This document shows, one piece after another, positions 1 through 11,324 of a stretch of DNA of 64,000 nucleotides (the first letter of the stretch is position 1; each line of letters opens with the position of its first letter). The notes below the pieces were generated by a model that was not told the origin of the DNA, ran no database searches, and saw only the letters and a list, made by a program, of their open reading frames with translations. This DNA comes from Marsupella aquatica. Its lineage: Eukaryota > Plantae > Marchantiophyta. The stretch covers positions 20,712,857-20,776,856 of the forward strand of contig OZ316893.1 of the NCBI GenBank assembly GCA_973895155.1. Reading direction: 5' to 3'. The position numbers and the translations under genes were made by a program.

Positions 1-191
1 AAATCAATGGAGTTTCCTTGCATCCGTCTTTGCTCCACATCTATGCCACACGACATTTTGTTGAGTTGTCTTCCCTCAGCCTTCCTCTCGGGAAGAGTTT
101 TGAGCTGTCGTGGGAATGCAGTCGAGCTGCCTGCTCTTTGCCCAACTCGAATGTTACTTCAATTCCTTCGCTTGACCTTAGGTTAGCTTAG
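1..191 (+). CDS. 3' end of an upstream copy of the GH31 glycosidase (partial, starts before the window)
   Basis: Identical to 15611-15801; reads ...[40 protein letters not shown]...DLRLA* with TAG at 189-191. Confidence 0.9.
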   Translation, partial: INGVSLHPSLLHIYATRHFVELSSLSLPLGKSFELSWECSRAACSLPNSNVTSIPSLDLRLA

Positions 192-1729
192 GGGTTCTTC
201 CACAGTCATCGAAAGCTTGGTTGAATTCAGCCATCAGGCTATCTAGTTGCGTTCGAGGTCCAGCGCTACGTCATTTTGTTTAATATCATACAAAGTGTAA
301 TCATATAAGGCAACCTATCGTCTTTCGACGTCAAGCTTTCGTTCTAAAATGACATTGACCAATGGAAGCAATCTTCCTCAGACACTTGTTCAGAAGAGTG
401 AGACAGGCGTCCTAGTTTTTTTGTTCCAAAGCCGATCCACTGGATTGAGGTCGAGTATTCGTCCACTAGCTCATTAATTTGAAGAAATACAGGGAATCCA
501 AAACTCTGACCCGCTCTAGATCTCTCTCTAGTCTGTGTAAGAGATGCTTGTCCAAACAAGAATATCCAGTCCTTTGTCATCCATACTGACCCTTTCAATC
601 CTTTATGTTGTACACTTGAGAATCCAGTGCTGGTTGCACACGTCACTTAAATTCCATTTCTGTGAACAAGATATGGTATTGAAGTAACAGAATAAGAACA
701 TTTTATTCTAGTGAATGGACATTATAATCAAACTATGTCCATTCTATCACATGAGTCCTTGAAAATGCATGTTTGGGTTTCATTCGTCCACACTTGCTCT
801 CTGTGATGTTTGCTTTTTGTTTACCATCGGCAAGACCTGGAATCTGACGACATGGGAATCAGACACCAAAAGTATCCTGATTTGCACTGCAGGGATGTTT
901 CGTTTCGAAGCTTGCTGGGAGCCTTCGAACTAGTTGATAGTGTGCGTCTGCAGTTCACTGGAAACCGTAGAATTGCAGTCTTTCTGCTTTGTTTCCCACC
1001 TTTCTCCAAGCCATTCTTGTTAACTTTAGAACTTGAGGCCGAGGGTGTTTCACTATAAATAGTATCCGTTCCTGAATTTGTGGAGCAATATGGAACCGGA
1101 AAGGAGAAGAATGAGAATGCAGTGCAGTGAAAAAGGGAGAAGGCTTGGACACTTCCTCCATTTATATGGTTAGTGGCGGTTTAAAGTATGATTGCTGTAT
1201 CGCTATGACCTGAATGTAAGACCTCGCTTTGTGGCTGTGAAAGTTTTGGATCCAGTAATCTAGATCACATCGGCCTCGTCCAATTAACGGTAACGGGTAC
1301 GTCGACCCTCAGGACCTGCTGCGTAACCGTAATCGATGACGGACAGTGCAATACCTAACGCTCCGCCAGCCAACCCAGACCAAGGCTCATGTGCCTAAAT
1401 TGGAAGAGTGCTCCTCTAATTTCGACTTGGAATCTGCTGCAAACGCTCCTCTAAACGTCGACTGGACAAATGCCGTTTGACAATTGCGTGAGACCATAGG
1501 CCGTGTACTGTAAGACAATTTAAAGAGGGACAGATTCGCGTCTGGTTGTCGGTTGCCAAATTAGCCTGAGTGGCGACAATGATTGCATGCTGTTGTCTTG
1601 GAAGAAAGATAGACAACTGATCCAAATAGTTCATTTGCCCTGGACGACTGATCTCAGAAGTTCATTGCCTACCACTAGCCTGATTACTCGTTCCTTGAAC
1701 GGATATAGAGATGAGATGAGGAGAGGAGA

Positions 1730-1959
1730 CAAATAAACCTTGTAAAAAAAAAGATGCCCCCTTATTTCCTGTTCATCTTTGTCCCATCCATGTTTTTTGT
1801 CTGCACCCTCACATTTTTGACCCCATCCCTGTTCACTAGAGTTCCGGTCTAGAGGCTTGGTCTAGAGGCTTCACTCTAGATAGTAGTAGGCCCTGTTCAC
1901 TTAGAGTAGTTCCGGTCTAGAGGCTTCACTCTAGATAGTAGTAGGCCCAGGAAGTAGCT
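1730..1959 (-). mobile_element. Short hairpin-bearing repeat element (Helitron/MITE-like end); copy at 17340-17569, inverted homolog at ~10210-10430
   Basis: Duplicated ~55-64 bp unit containing the palindrome TCTAGAG-GCTTCA-CTCTAGA; the minus strand reads hairpin...GGAACTCTAGT; homologous to 10222-10251 and 10370-10430 on the opposite strand. Confidence 0.55.
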
Positions 1960-2238
1960 GTCATGTTGTCATATTCTGAGCGAGATGGACAATGGGCTCT
2001 GCTGTCTTTTGCAACTAATGTACAATCCGATAGCAGAATCAAACGCAGGTCAAAATGGTTCAAACCAGGCTGTGAAATTGGGAGCACTAGAACTGATATG
2101 TATACAGTAACTGAAACTAGGCGACGAAATTGGACCCCAGCCGTGCGTACGAACGTAGATCTGAACCACCTTTTGCATCGGGAGAGCTACGACAAAAACA
2201 TTCGACGGTGAGTGGGATTGATTCCCTAGGCCCTGTAG

Positions 2239-2288
2239 TTGCCAGTTCACCGCAGAAATGTTTTTGCCAGTTCACCGCAGAAATGTTT
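2239..2288. repeat. 24-bp tandem duplication upstream of the LRR-RLK (also 17849-17898)
   Basis: TTGCCAGTTCACCGCAGAAATGTTT twice. Confidence 0.85.
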
Positions 2289-2794
2289 CTGCGAGGGACT
2301 AGGGGAGAACACGTCCAAATGCACTGTTTCTCGACACGGGACACAATTGCTTGGAGCGGGTGAAGTGTCTGGTAAACTCAGCGATCCTTCCACGTCAACC
2401 CAACTTCGTTGCTCGTATTTTGAAGTGATTTGTTTGCGATTTTCAACAAATATGTTCTTCTTTGTTGTTTTCTAGTCTGGAATACGGATTTAAGAGGAGA
2501 CGTTTGTACTGAGTGACTGGACACACCGAATTGGAACGATCTGTCCAATTTCTTATCACTCTGCTTTTCAAATAAGCGGCGACGATCGCTTGGACAGGAG
2601 TTCATTATCCCCTGCCACGAAACTGCCCACCTTGCTCTGCTCCCAACCACTTATTACCCCCCTTGACCTGCACTGTATATCAATATTTTTCTCGAGCTCC
2701 TGTGCGTCACAGCTAGGTCAATCCTTCAGTAGCGTTACGTTGGTAGCTGTGAATATTGCACTTCAGTGTCGGAACGATTTCTCGGCTGTGAAAA

Positions 2795-5509
2795 ATGGCG
2801 GCGGTTTATGCATCGCGCTCTGCATTTCTGGCCTGTTTGCAGCTAATTGTAGGATTGCCTCTCTGGTTTTCAATCCTGGCGCGAGTGGATGCTGTGAATG
2901 TGAGTCGAAGCGAGGAAGTTAGTACCCTTCTAAGTTTCAGGGATGCAAACATTGCTGTACTGGCGACTCTATACAATGGATATTGGATCACCTGGAATGA
3001 CGTTGATGACAATCCTTGCGCTTGGATTGGAGTCACGTGCACCCCTAACTTCACTGTTGAGGAGCTTAATTTTTCAGGATGGGGACTTTCCTTTAGGAGT
3101 ATGGAAGCGTTGTATCGCCTCAGAGACCTGCGTCACTTGGATTTGTCATCCAACTCTCTCTCTTATCTTCCAGATGACATTGGTAATTTCACTGGGCTCA
3201 CCTGGCTTGATCTCTCACGGAACGGCTTCGCTCACGTGCCATTCAGTATCTCTGCGTGCACGAACCTGCGCTTCCTCGGCCTTGGGCAGAATCAGATAAT
3301 AGAGGTACCCCCTGGTACCCGCAATTTGGTGAACTTGCAATTTCTCAATCTTGCTGATAATCGGATACGTGGTCCCTTCCCTTTAACAGAGCTGAGAGAG
3401 TTGAGTGCTCTTGTCGGTTTAGATCTTTCTCGTAATTTCTTCACAGGTAGCATCCCCGCTCTTCCAAACTTAACCAATCTAGTTGGACTGAATCTCGACA
3501 ACAACTTATTGACAGGGTTCGAAGAGCCTTGGTTCCTCGGTACAAAGAATCTGCAGCATCTGTCTGTCTCCAACAATGCGTTAGAGGGCTGGATTCCATC
3601 AAACATAACAAATTTTGCACATTTAGTGGTCCTTAACATGTCGGGCAACAACTTGTCTGGCACAATCCCCTCTGGATTTTCTGTATTTTTTAAACAGATG
3701 ACTAATGGATTTTCGCTAGACTTGTCTCAAAATCAACTGACTGGCGAAATTCCTCCCGACATGCTTCAGCAAACCTATCCGAATGCTTGTTCCTCTGTGA
3801 ATCTGTCACACAATCTCCTTACTGGCAACTTCCCGATTGATAGATACAGGCCCTTCTGCTTTTCAGTTCTTGACCTTAGTCACAATAATTTGAGTGGACC
3901 GATTCCCTCGATTACCTTCAGCCATCCCAACACCTCAGTGTCCGTTCTGTGGCTTCGTAACAACTACTTTGCTGGAGACATTATTGATGTTTTCTTTGGT
4001 CCTGGTTTTAAGAACACAAAAGAGGTGCGATTGGACAACAATCTTTTCACAGGGGACCTCTCAAGGATGGCAAATACCATTTTAGAAGTCGGACTGTTGA
4101 ACTTAGTAGCGATTGACCTCAGTAACAACCGTCTTCAGTGGAGTATATCGGAAGCCGTTCCTCACCCAATTGTGGCTACGCTAGAGGTACTCACCTCTAG
4201 TGCTGCTTTGAGAGAGTTTCGAGTTGGAGGGAACGATTTCTTTGGAACCTCTCTCCCGACTGACTGCTTTGACAGGACCAATGCCCTTCAATTTTTAGAC
4301 CTTAGCAATTGTCACCTGGACGGGAAGATATTGAGCAATGTGTTCAACAACACGTGCCTACCATCTCTTCAATCCTTAAACCTGTCCAACAATTATATAA
4401 GTGGACCTGTTCCAGATGGCATCGTCACTAACACTGACGCGACTGGACCAGGTCTTCGCCTCGAAGTTCTTGACGTTTCGAACAACAATCTCTCTGGACC
4501 TCTTCCAAGTATACCACCTAGCAGTAGCCTGTATAATCCAATGTACTTTGCAGGCAATGGCGGCCTTTGTGGTCATCCATTACCGCCATGTTCCCAGCTG
4601 GCTACCAAGCAAGGAATCGGTTTGCAATGGTGGATGTTGTTGATCATAATTGGTGGATGTCTAGCAATAGCTCTGGGAAGTTGTTTGGCTGCTACTTGTC
4701 GATGGAGAGTGTACCAGAAACGACATCAACAGGATGCGGATTTGATCAGAACATTACTAGAAAGGGATTCTGCAGCATTGATATCCCTTCGAGAGCTGAG
4801 AAAAGCCACGGATAACTTTGCTGAGAGTGCACAGATTGGAGAGGGAGGCTTCGGGACTGTTTACACAGGCAAGCTCAATGACGGGACTGTTGTTGCCATC
4901 AAGAGAAGCAAGCGGGAGGGATCAGAAAAAGATAAAGAACAGTTCCTCAATGAGGTGAGGATTTTGTCCCAAGTTAATCACCGGCACCTTGTAAAGCTTC
5001 TTGGTTGTTGTATGGAGAACAAGACTGCGGTGCTTGTTTTTGAGTTTATTTCAAATGGCACACTCCAACAGCATCTTCAAGACAAGGTTGGGACGAGTTA
5101 TCTGAGCTGGAAACAACGACTTACTATTGCGGTTCAAACAGCAGATGCTCTCAATTACCTTCATTCTGCAGCTACATCTCCAATCATCCATAGAGATGTG
5201 AAGTCTGCCAATATTTTATTAGACGAAAATCTGGATGCTAAGGTGGCAGATTTTGGTATTTCGAAGTTGACTCCTCTTCATGCCACCCATGTATCAACAG
5301 CTGCAGTCCAAGGTACCCTGGGCTACATTGATCCTGAGTACTACACCTCCTATAAGATAACTGATAAAAGTGACGTGTATGGCTTTGGGGTGGTTCTTCT
5401 CGAGTTGATATCGGCCAAACATGCCCTTGACTTTCGGAGGCATGGGGATGAAACAAGTCTGGTAAATTTGGCTCGTCCCGACATTGAGAGAGGAGATTTG
5501 ATGTTCTAA
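2795..5509 (+). CDS. LRR receptor-like kinase, C-terminally truncated copy (904 aa); possible pseudogene or kinase-dead decoy
   Basis: Identical to 18405-21110 up to ...PDIERGDL, then runs into foreign sequence (MF*). Lacks the last 120 aa of the intact copy, including subdomain XI (LAMKCLDMRSKTRPSM). Confidence 0.9.
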   Translation: MAAVYASRSAFLACLQLIVGLPLWFSILARVDAVNVSRSEEVSTLLSFRDANIAVLATLYNGYWITWNDVDDNPCAWIGVTCTPNFTVEELNFSGWGLSFRSMEALYRLRDLRHLDLSSNSLSYLPDDIGNFTGLTWLDLSRNGFAHVPFSISACTNLRFLGLGQNQIIEVPPGTRNLVNLQFLNLADNRIRGPFPLTELRELSALVGLDLSRNFFTGSIPALPNLTNLVGLNLDNNLLTGFEEPWFLGTKNLQHLSVSNNALEGWIPSNITNFAHLVVLNMSGNNLSGTIPSGFSVFFKQMTNGFSLDLSQNQLTGEIPPDMLQQTYPNACSSVNLSHNLLTGNFPIDRYRPFCFSVLDLSHNNLSGPIPSITFSHPNTSVSVLWLRNNYFAGDIIDVFFGPGFKNTKEVRLDNNLFTGDLSRMANTILEVGLLNLVAIDLSNNRLQWSISEAVPHPIVATLEVLTSSAALREFRVGGNDFFGTSLPTDCFDRTNALQFLDLSNCHLDGKILSNVFNNTCLPSLQSLNLSNNYISGPVPDGIVTNTDATGPGLRLEVLDVSNNNLSGPLPSIPPSSSLYNPMYFAGNGGLCGHPLPPCSQLATKQGIGLQWWMLLIIIGGCLAIALGSCLAATCRWRVYQKRHQQDADLIRTLLERDSAALISLRELRKATDNFAESAQIGEGGFGTVYTGKLNDGTVVAIKRSKREGSEKDKEQFLNEVRILSQVNHRHLVKLLGCCMENKTAVLVFEFISNGTLQQHLQDKVGTSYLSWKQRLTIAVQTADALNYLHSAATSPIIHRDVKSANILLDENLDAKVADFGISKLTPLHATHVSTAAVQGTLGYIDPEYYTSYKITDKSDVYGFGVVLLELISAKHALDFRRHGDETSLVNLARPDIERGDLMF

Positions 5510-5556
5510 TTGATAATAGTGCCAAGGTTTTTTTTGGTATTTATGCAATTCCAGGT

Positions 5557-5905
5557 TGTTAGTATTTACTCTTAGGTCTAGAGTTGCGATTGTATCGTAG
5601 TTAAGGTTAACTTTAGTCGCAGACTTGATTAGATTAATCATGTTGTGCACACTCTATAACCAAGCGGTGTTTATTTGGAGAGTGGGAACTCAGGCTCATT
5701 GTTACGTAGCTAGTTGAGAGATAGAGAGAGTTGCCTTGCGTTGTGGATGCTTGGTATGGCCGGTCGGCCTAATGTGCAGTAAAGCTCATGTGTGTTCCCG
5801 TGGACGTAGCCTCATGTGGAGGTGAACCACGGATCTCTCTGTGTCGACTCTTGTGTGTTGGATGGTTCATGGGCTTGTCGTTGCGATTGTCGTCTATGCT
5901 CAACA
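5557..5905 (+). mobile_element. Solo LTR (family A)
   Basis: Termini TGTTAG...CTCAACA; flanks CAGGT/CAAGT (5-bp TSD, 1 mismatch); colinear with 45308-45650. Confidence 0.8.
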
Positions 5906-5908
5906 CAA

Positions 5909-5976
5909 GTTTCGTATATGGATGACAGGTTCTCCAACTGAGTCCAGGTTTCGTATATCGATGACAAGTTCTCCAA
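5909..5976. repeat. ~39-bp period tandem duplication
   Basis: GTTTCGTATAT(G/C)GATGACA(G/A)GTTCTCCAA twice. Confidence 0.8.
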
Positions 5977-7139
5977 GGTAACTAGGGGAGCCATATACAG
6001 AAACCATGACATCTTTGTAAATACAATAAAAAACCGTGGCAATATTGTAAATTCAAACATGTTTAGTGACAATATACTTAAAAACTGTACTTAGAAATTG
6101 CAGTTACCAGGTATTGCAACCATTTGTAGTGCAATGTCCTTATACACCATTTTTCCAAGATGGTTAGGAGACAAGGGATCCTATTGGTGGGGGTTTGTTT
6201 GCTATAACAGATTTTCATGCTCTCCAAGCCTCCTTGGCTGTGTTTCCCAGTTGCATGTTTTGTCCATTGCTGCATATATACCCATGTTGTGGTGAGTGTT
6301 GTGGCATCCAGGTGGTGTTGGAGGATGCATACATCCACTTGGTTGAACAACTTGCTCCCCTTGCTCTCCTTAGCGTATCTGCTTAGCTAGCTTGTGAATT
6401 GTGGGATCTGGTCTCTGCCTTTTCTACCGGGCTCTTTGCCCCTCCCCTCTGTATCCGCATTAGACTGAGGGCATGTAGGTCTTGGGAGTTCTTTTTGTAG
6501 AGGGGGCCTTTGTTTTTATGTTTTGCATGGTGTATTATCTCAGAACGTTCTGCATATTGTCCAATTGGTGACTCTCACAGACATCCAGATTTAGTTAGTC
6601 AAGTATAAATTTTAGTAACTCTACATTTTGTGTGCAGCCCAGATGACACTATGACAATAATTGTCTTTCCCAATGATTTTTTAATTAGTTGAGTACTGCC
6701 AAAATCTTCCCATGGCAAAGATCTTGTCATCATGGGAGTCCCTAATAAACATTGAAGGACACAATGTGGTACAGCCAGGGGAGCCCACGAGAGGGGATAT
6801 AAACTAAGCTGAAGTGGAAGCAGACACATAGAATACCTTAGAGGCAGGCACCAAAGAGGGCAGCCTGTTTATTGGCAAAGGGCGAGCCAGGACTTGACCA
6901 TCTCACAAAGTCCTTTTGTATGGAATCCTTTAGCTAAAAAAAATACCCCTGGCAATATTTTGCCCCAAGTTATGCAAAGGCAGGACACAAATTACTGTAG
7001 AGACAATCAGGATCACACATGCCTTAGAGTAGCACAAAGGTGTAGACGGTTTCTGTAGGTTACAGATTTTACTTTGAAAATTTTAATAATCCTTAAATAT
7101 GCAATGTCAATTTTTCACAAGTTTGGTAGGGCATCTCTT

Positions 7140-7565
7140 GGCTTCATATTTGTGGATGATGGCTTTTGGCCACAAACAAATGGCCATAGTTTTTCATAGG
7201 GTTATGTAAATTTCCTTATCTTTCACTAGACCCTACATTGACTTTGGTCATGGCCTGTGACCAATCTTGATGGCAAAAAATTATGTATTATGTTTGGTAG
7301 TCCATAACTCTATCTTTCTGTGACCCTAGCTAGTAATTAGGGGTCACAAAATTTTGAGCTTTGTGACCCCTACTAATTAGTGTAGTAATTGTAATGTAAC
7401 CTTAGTTACTAAGTTAAGGTCCATCAAATTTTGAGGTTTGAGACCCCTACCAATTAGGACTCTAAGTGTACTCGGGAGTGTACTGTAGTCTTAGCTACTA
7501 AGTTAAGGTCCATCAATTAATAAGGATAATGATCTTAGCTACTAAGTTATTTAAGGTCCATCAAA
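7140..7565 (+). repeat. Dispersed repeat with palindromic subrepeats, homologous to ~57705-57948
   Basis: Shared order of motifs TGTGGAT(G/T)ATGGCTTTTGGCCA, GTTATGTAAA, CTTGATGG, TTTGGTA.TCCATAA, TAAGGTCCATCAAA; CTTAG(T/C)TACTAAGTTAAGGTCCATCAA about three times. Confidence 0.65.
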
Positions 7566-7623
7566 AAATAAGAATAAAGTCATGGGCTGTCTCCCTGGTC
7601 CTCACTTCTTTTCTTCCTACCCA

Positions 7624-8156
7624 TCATGCGCGAATAAGTATAGGGTTTTTATTGGGTTTAGTGAAATACTTTTAAATTTTGTTGAAGAACATTAGGGTTA
7701 TTTTAATCCAATTTTGAGAATTCTAAGAATCATAGGGTGTTTTAAAATCAAATTTGGGAATATTCTTAGAATATTCCCTTAAGTTAGGGGTAAAAATATT
7801 CCTAAAAAAAACTTTATTGACTTAACTTTTAGGGTGTTTATTCCCCAAAAACTCCGCGTGTGATATGGGACACCCCTTGGATTGAGGCCCCCTCGGGGGT
7901 CTCACTACATGGGGACCTCCCCATCACCTGCGACGTTTTTAGGCCTTGGACCCCCTAAAATGTAAGAAAAAATATTATTTTTTAACCCCTATATTCTTGG
8001 AATATTCTTGGAATATTCCAAAAATTGGATTAAAAAGGCCCTAATGTTCTTATAAGTCTCAAAATTGAATTTAAAAGACCCTATTGTTCTTCTACAAAAA
8101 TTCTTAAGTCTTCCCTTACAACCAATAAAATGACCCTATCCTTCGTCGCACGTGAT
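7624..8156. mobile_element. Foldback/MITE-like element with ~190-bp imperfect inverted arms
   Basis: Left arm (TCATGCGCGAA...GAAGAACATTAGGG...TTTTGAGA...GGAATATTC) pairs with right arm (GAATATTCC...TCTCAAAA...CCCTATTGTTCTTC...TCGCACGTGA); partial inverted copy at ~55360-55555. Confidence 0.75.
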
Positions 8157-8632
8157 ATGCCATTTTTGTGGAAGTGAAACCCCTAAGGAGGCCCCCAAGG
8201 GCTGTCTAAACAGCAATCGATAACTCCCACGATAACTATTACTGATGTACGTGAACGTCTTCCTAGAGGGGCAGACGGTGACTGCCACGCCCTACTTTTG
8301 CAATGCCCTAATTGTCCTATAACCTACCTAGCTAATAAGTTAACCTATCTAGCTACTAGGTTATACTAGTAAAGGTAACCTACCTAGCTACCAAGTTATC
8401 CTAAGTTAAGGTAGATCAAATTATGGGGAGGGGTTGGAGACCCCTAATAATAGGATGGTACTTATACGGGAATCTGGGAAATTGCACCAATATGCAAAAA
8501 CATCCACCAATTTGAAGATTTCCTCCCTTTATTGGGTTGCTTTGCCTTTGGGATAATGTCTCCTAGTTTGGTCTTTTTTATTCCATTGGGATCTTGTCTC
8601 CAGGTTGGGCATTTTTGTTCCTTGTTATTATT

Positions 8633-9850
8633 ATACTACATCAATGCCCGTGCGTTACACAAAAGATGTTGTGAAGAAAAAATATGTCGCGTCGCCCAAG
8701 ATGTCCGATTAAGAAAAAAAATGTCGTTAAGAAAAAAAATGGTGTCGCCTAAGATGTCGTTACGAAAAAAGATGTTGTTAAGAAAAAAAGATTTGGTGCT
8801 GCCCAAGATGTCATTCAGAAAAATAATGTCATGTCACCCAAGGTGTCATTGGGAAAAAAGATCGTGTCACCCAAGATGTCGTTAAGAAAAAGATGTTGTG
8901 GCACCCAGGATGTCCTTAAGAAAAAAGATATCATGTCACCCAAGATGCCGTCAAGGAAAAAGATGTCATGACACCCAAGATGTCTTTAAGAAAAGTGATG
9001 TCATGTCGCGCAAGATGTCATGAAAAAAAGGTGTCATGTGGCCCAAGATGCCATTAAATTAAGTTAAAAATGTCGTTAAGACAAAAATTGCACAAAACAT
9101 GGTGTGGTGAGAAAAACATGGTGAGGTGAGATATCAAGGTGAGAAAAGAAGTTGAAGTTAGTGAGAAAAAGACGTCGAGGTGAGGAGAAGATGTCAAGGT
9201 GAACAAAGATGATGATGAGAAAAAGAGATGTCAAGCTAAGAAAAAAATATGTCAAGGAGAGAAAAGATGGCGAGATGAGAAAAATATGTGACGATGAGGA
9301 AAAGATGTTGAGGAGAGAAAAGATGTCGAGGGTGAGGGAAACTTGATGTTGTGGTGAGATGAAAACGTGAAAGTGAGAAAAAGGTCAGATTTCTAGATGA
9401 AAAAAATGTCAATGAGAAACAGATTGTTCGGGTGAGGAAAAGAAGCTGAGGTGAGAAAAAATGTCAAGGAGAGAAACAGATGTGAAGATGAGGAAAAGAT
9501 GTCGAAAAGAGAAAATATGTTGAGGGTGAGGGAAAGATGTTGCAATGAGATAAAAATGTTAAGGTGAGAAAAAGATAACATGTCGAGGTGAGAAAATATG
9601 TGGAGGTGATTAAAAGATGTCAAGTCAGGTGAGAAAACATGTCAAGGAGAGAGATGTCAAGTCAGGTGAGAAAACATGTCAAGGAGAGAGATGTCAAGTC
9701 AGGTGAGACATGTCAAGGAGAAAAACAAATGCCAAGGACAGGAGAGATATTGAGGATGAAAAAATGGCTGTGATGAGATAAAGATATCAATGTGAAGAAA
9801 ATGGGGAGATGAGGAAAATATATGAAGGCAAGGTAAAGTTTTATGGTGGT
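8633..9850 (-). mobile_element. Helitron-type 3' end adjoining minisatellite arrays (~33-35 bp CCAAGATGTC..AGAAAAAA units, then ~18-20 bp GATGTCAAGGTGAGAAAA units)
   Basis: TACTACATCAATGCCCGTGCGTTACAC resembles the reverse complement of the plant Helitron 3' terminus (...GCAACGCACGGGCA...CTAG|T); same end and satellite at 53081-53625. Confidence 0.6.
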
Positions 9851-10408
9851 GTTCAACAACACGTGCATTGCACATAGAAATTGGAGATGCGAGATAACGG
9901 TCACCATTGCATAGAGCCTAAGCACAGCCTAGTGATAGAAAAAATATGGTTTTTTCAATTTTAATTTTTTAGAGGAGTCAATATTTTATATATTTTATTT
10001 ATATCAACTGTTTTCAAAACTTTAAAGCTAGGACTACAGAAAGAAACTGGTACTTTTGGGTCAGGGCTTTTTTTCCGGACCTAAAGGGACTAGACTCTCT
10101 AATGTGCTGCCCCTTTCCTCTGTTCTCTTGCTTTTTACGTGGAGAACATCATAATGTTTCCGTTTGATTGTTGGCAGTTCGAAATATTACCAATGATTTG
10201 CCAAGGGAAGCTACTTTTAAACCCTATGGTCTAGAGCGAAGCCTCTAGACCTTCACTTTTAACAAAGACAAAAGTGACAATGACTGTTATTAAGGATTAA
10301 GGACAGCACACATGAAGGTGGACAAAAAACAGGGGCTGATGAACAACCGTGACATTGACTCTACATAAAGACAAAAATGAAACAAGGGTGGACAAAAAAC
10401 AAGGATAA

Positions 10409-10678
10409 GACGAAGGGGAAATAGTATAGAATCTTTCTATTTCAATATTTTTTTGTGTAAAAAACACAAGGATGGAGCAAAGATAAAGGGAAAATAGTAT
10501 AGAATCTTTCTATTTCAATATTTTTTTGTGTAAAAAAACAAGAATGGAGCAAAGATGAAGGGAAAATAGTATAGAATCTTTCTATTTCAATATTTTTTTG
10601 GTGTAAAAAACACAAAGATGGAGCAAAGATGAAGGGAAAATAGTATAGAATCTTTCTATTTCAATATTTTTTTGTGTT
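10409..10678. repeat. ~73-bp tandem repeat, about 3.7 copies
   Basis: GATGAAGGGAAAATAGTATAGAATCTTTCTATTTCAATATTTTTTTGTGTAAAAAACACAAGGATGGAGCAAA repeated head to tail. Confidence 0.92.
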
Positions 10679-11324
10679 CTCATGTCTATTTTCAAGGAAT
10701 GGGTGATCCGGCTAGTCTAATTCTAATCCACATGCATCACCCAATGTGCTGCCCCTTTCCGAGGACCGAGCCATGATTGCATAGAGATACGAGGATCACG
10801 AACCAGATAACGAAGAGCTCTTCGTTCCTGTCCGGAATCATGAATTGAATGAGATCAGACAGCTGTTCATGAGAGCACAGTCGACAAGGTGCCATCAGAG
10901 CTCCGAATTTCAGAAACCCACCCTCGTATCTCACTATGCCTGCATGTCAACTACACCAAATTACCGAATTGGTGAGGTGGAGTGGTGGTTGAGCTGGATG
11001 AGTTTTGTGCTGAAGGGTGGCCCCAGCTTTACAACGAGCTGCGTTTTCCTTGGCTGTCGGTGACTGAACTATCGCACTAACCTTCGCTTGAGACCTAAGT
11101 GATGCCGCAGCACACGTTGCGGTCCAATGGGGGAATTATGGTTCCAGTCCCAGGTTCAATTTGGAAGTCTCCAAGTGCAAGTGAGGGACATCTCAGTAGA
11201 GGCAATGCTCGAATGAATGTTTCGAATGAATGTTTCTCCAAAGTCCTGGGTACTCTGGAGAGGGAGCGATCTTGAACTTAAAGGAGTGGCCCGGTCCGAA
11301 TTGCTTTGAGATCGTCATCTCACT

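Larger units (their letters stand above)
1..5500 (+). repeat. Segmental duplication, left copy (matches 15611-21110, offset 15,610)
   Basis: ORFs lying wholly in 1-5500 recur with identical translation at +15610; spot-checked intergenic DNA also matches. Identity ends after GAGAGGAGATTTG (5500 vs 21110). Confidence 0.97.

Noticed and set aside
713-745. 10-bp inverted repeat GAATGGACAT/ATGTCCATTC as a miRNA hairpin
   Set aside because: The stem is too short, and I recognised no conserved plant miRNA sequence.
5502-5905. LTR insertion as the direct cause of the receptor truncation
   Set aside because: LTR homology starts at 5557 with its own TSD, and the missing kinase 3' part does not resume after it.
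6078-6830. ORF fragments in the repeat island as a transposase
   Set aside because: No recognisable catalytic motif.
7640-7840. TTAGGG-like motifs as interstitial telomere
   Set aside because: Isolated motifs within foldback arms, not a tandem array.
8532-9925. Lys-rich and Phe/Leu/Ser-rich ORFs (also 53187-53736)
   Set aside because: They are translations of minisatellite DNA.
10409-10678. Regularly spaced repeats as a CRISPR array (also 54724-54912 and 53100-53570)
   Set aside because: Units are head to tail without unique spacers, there are no cas genes, and the context is eukaryotic.
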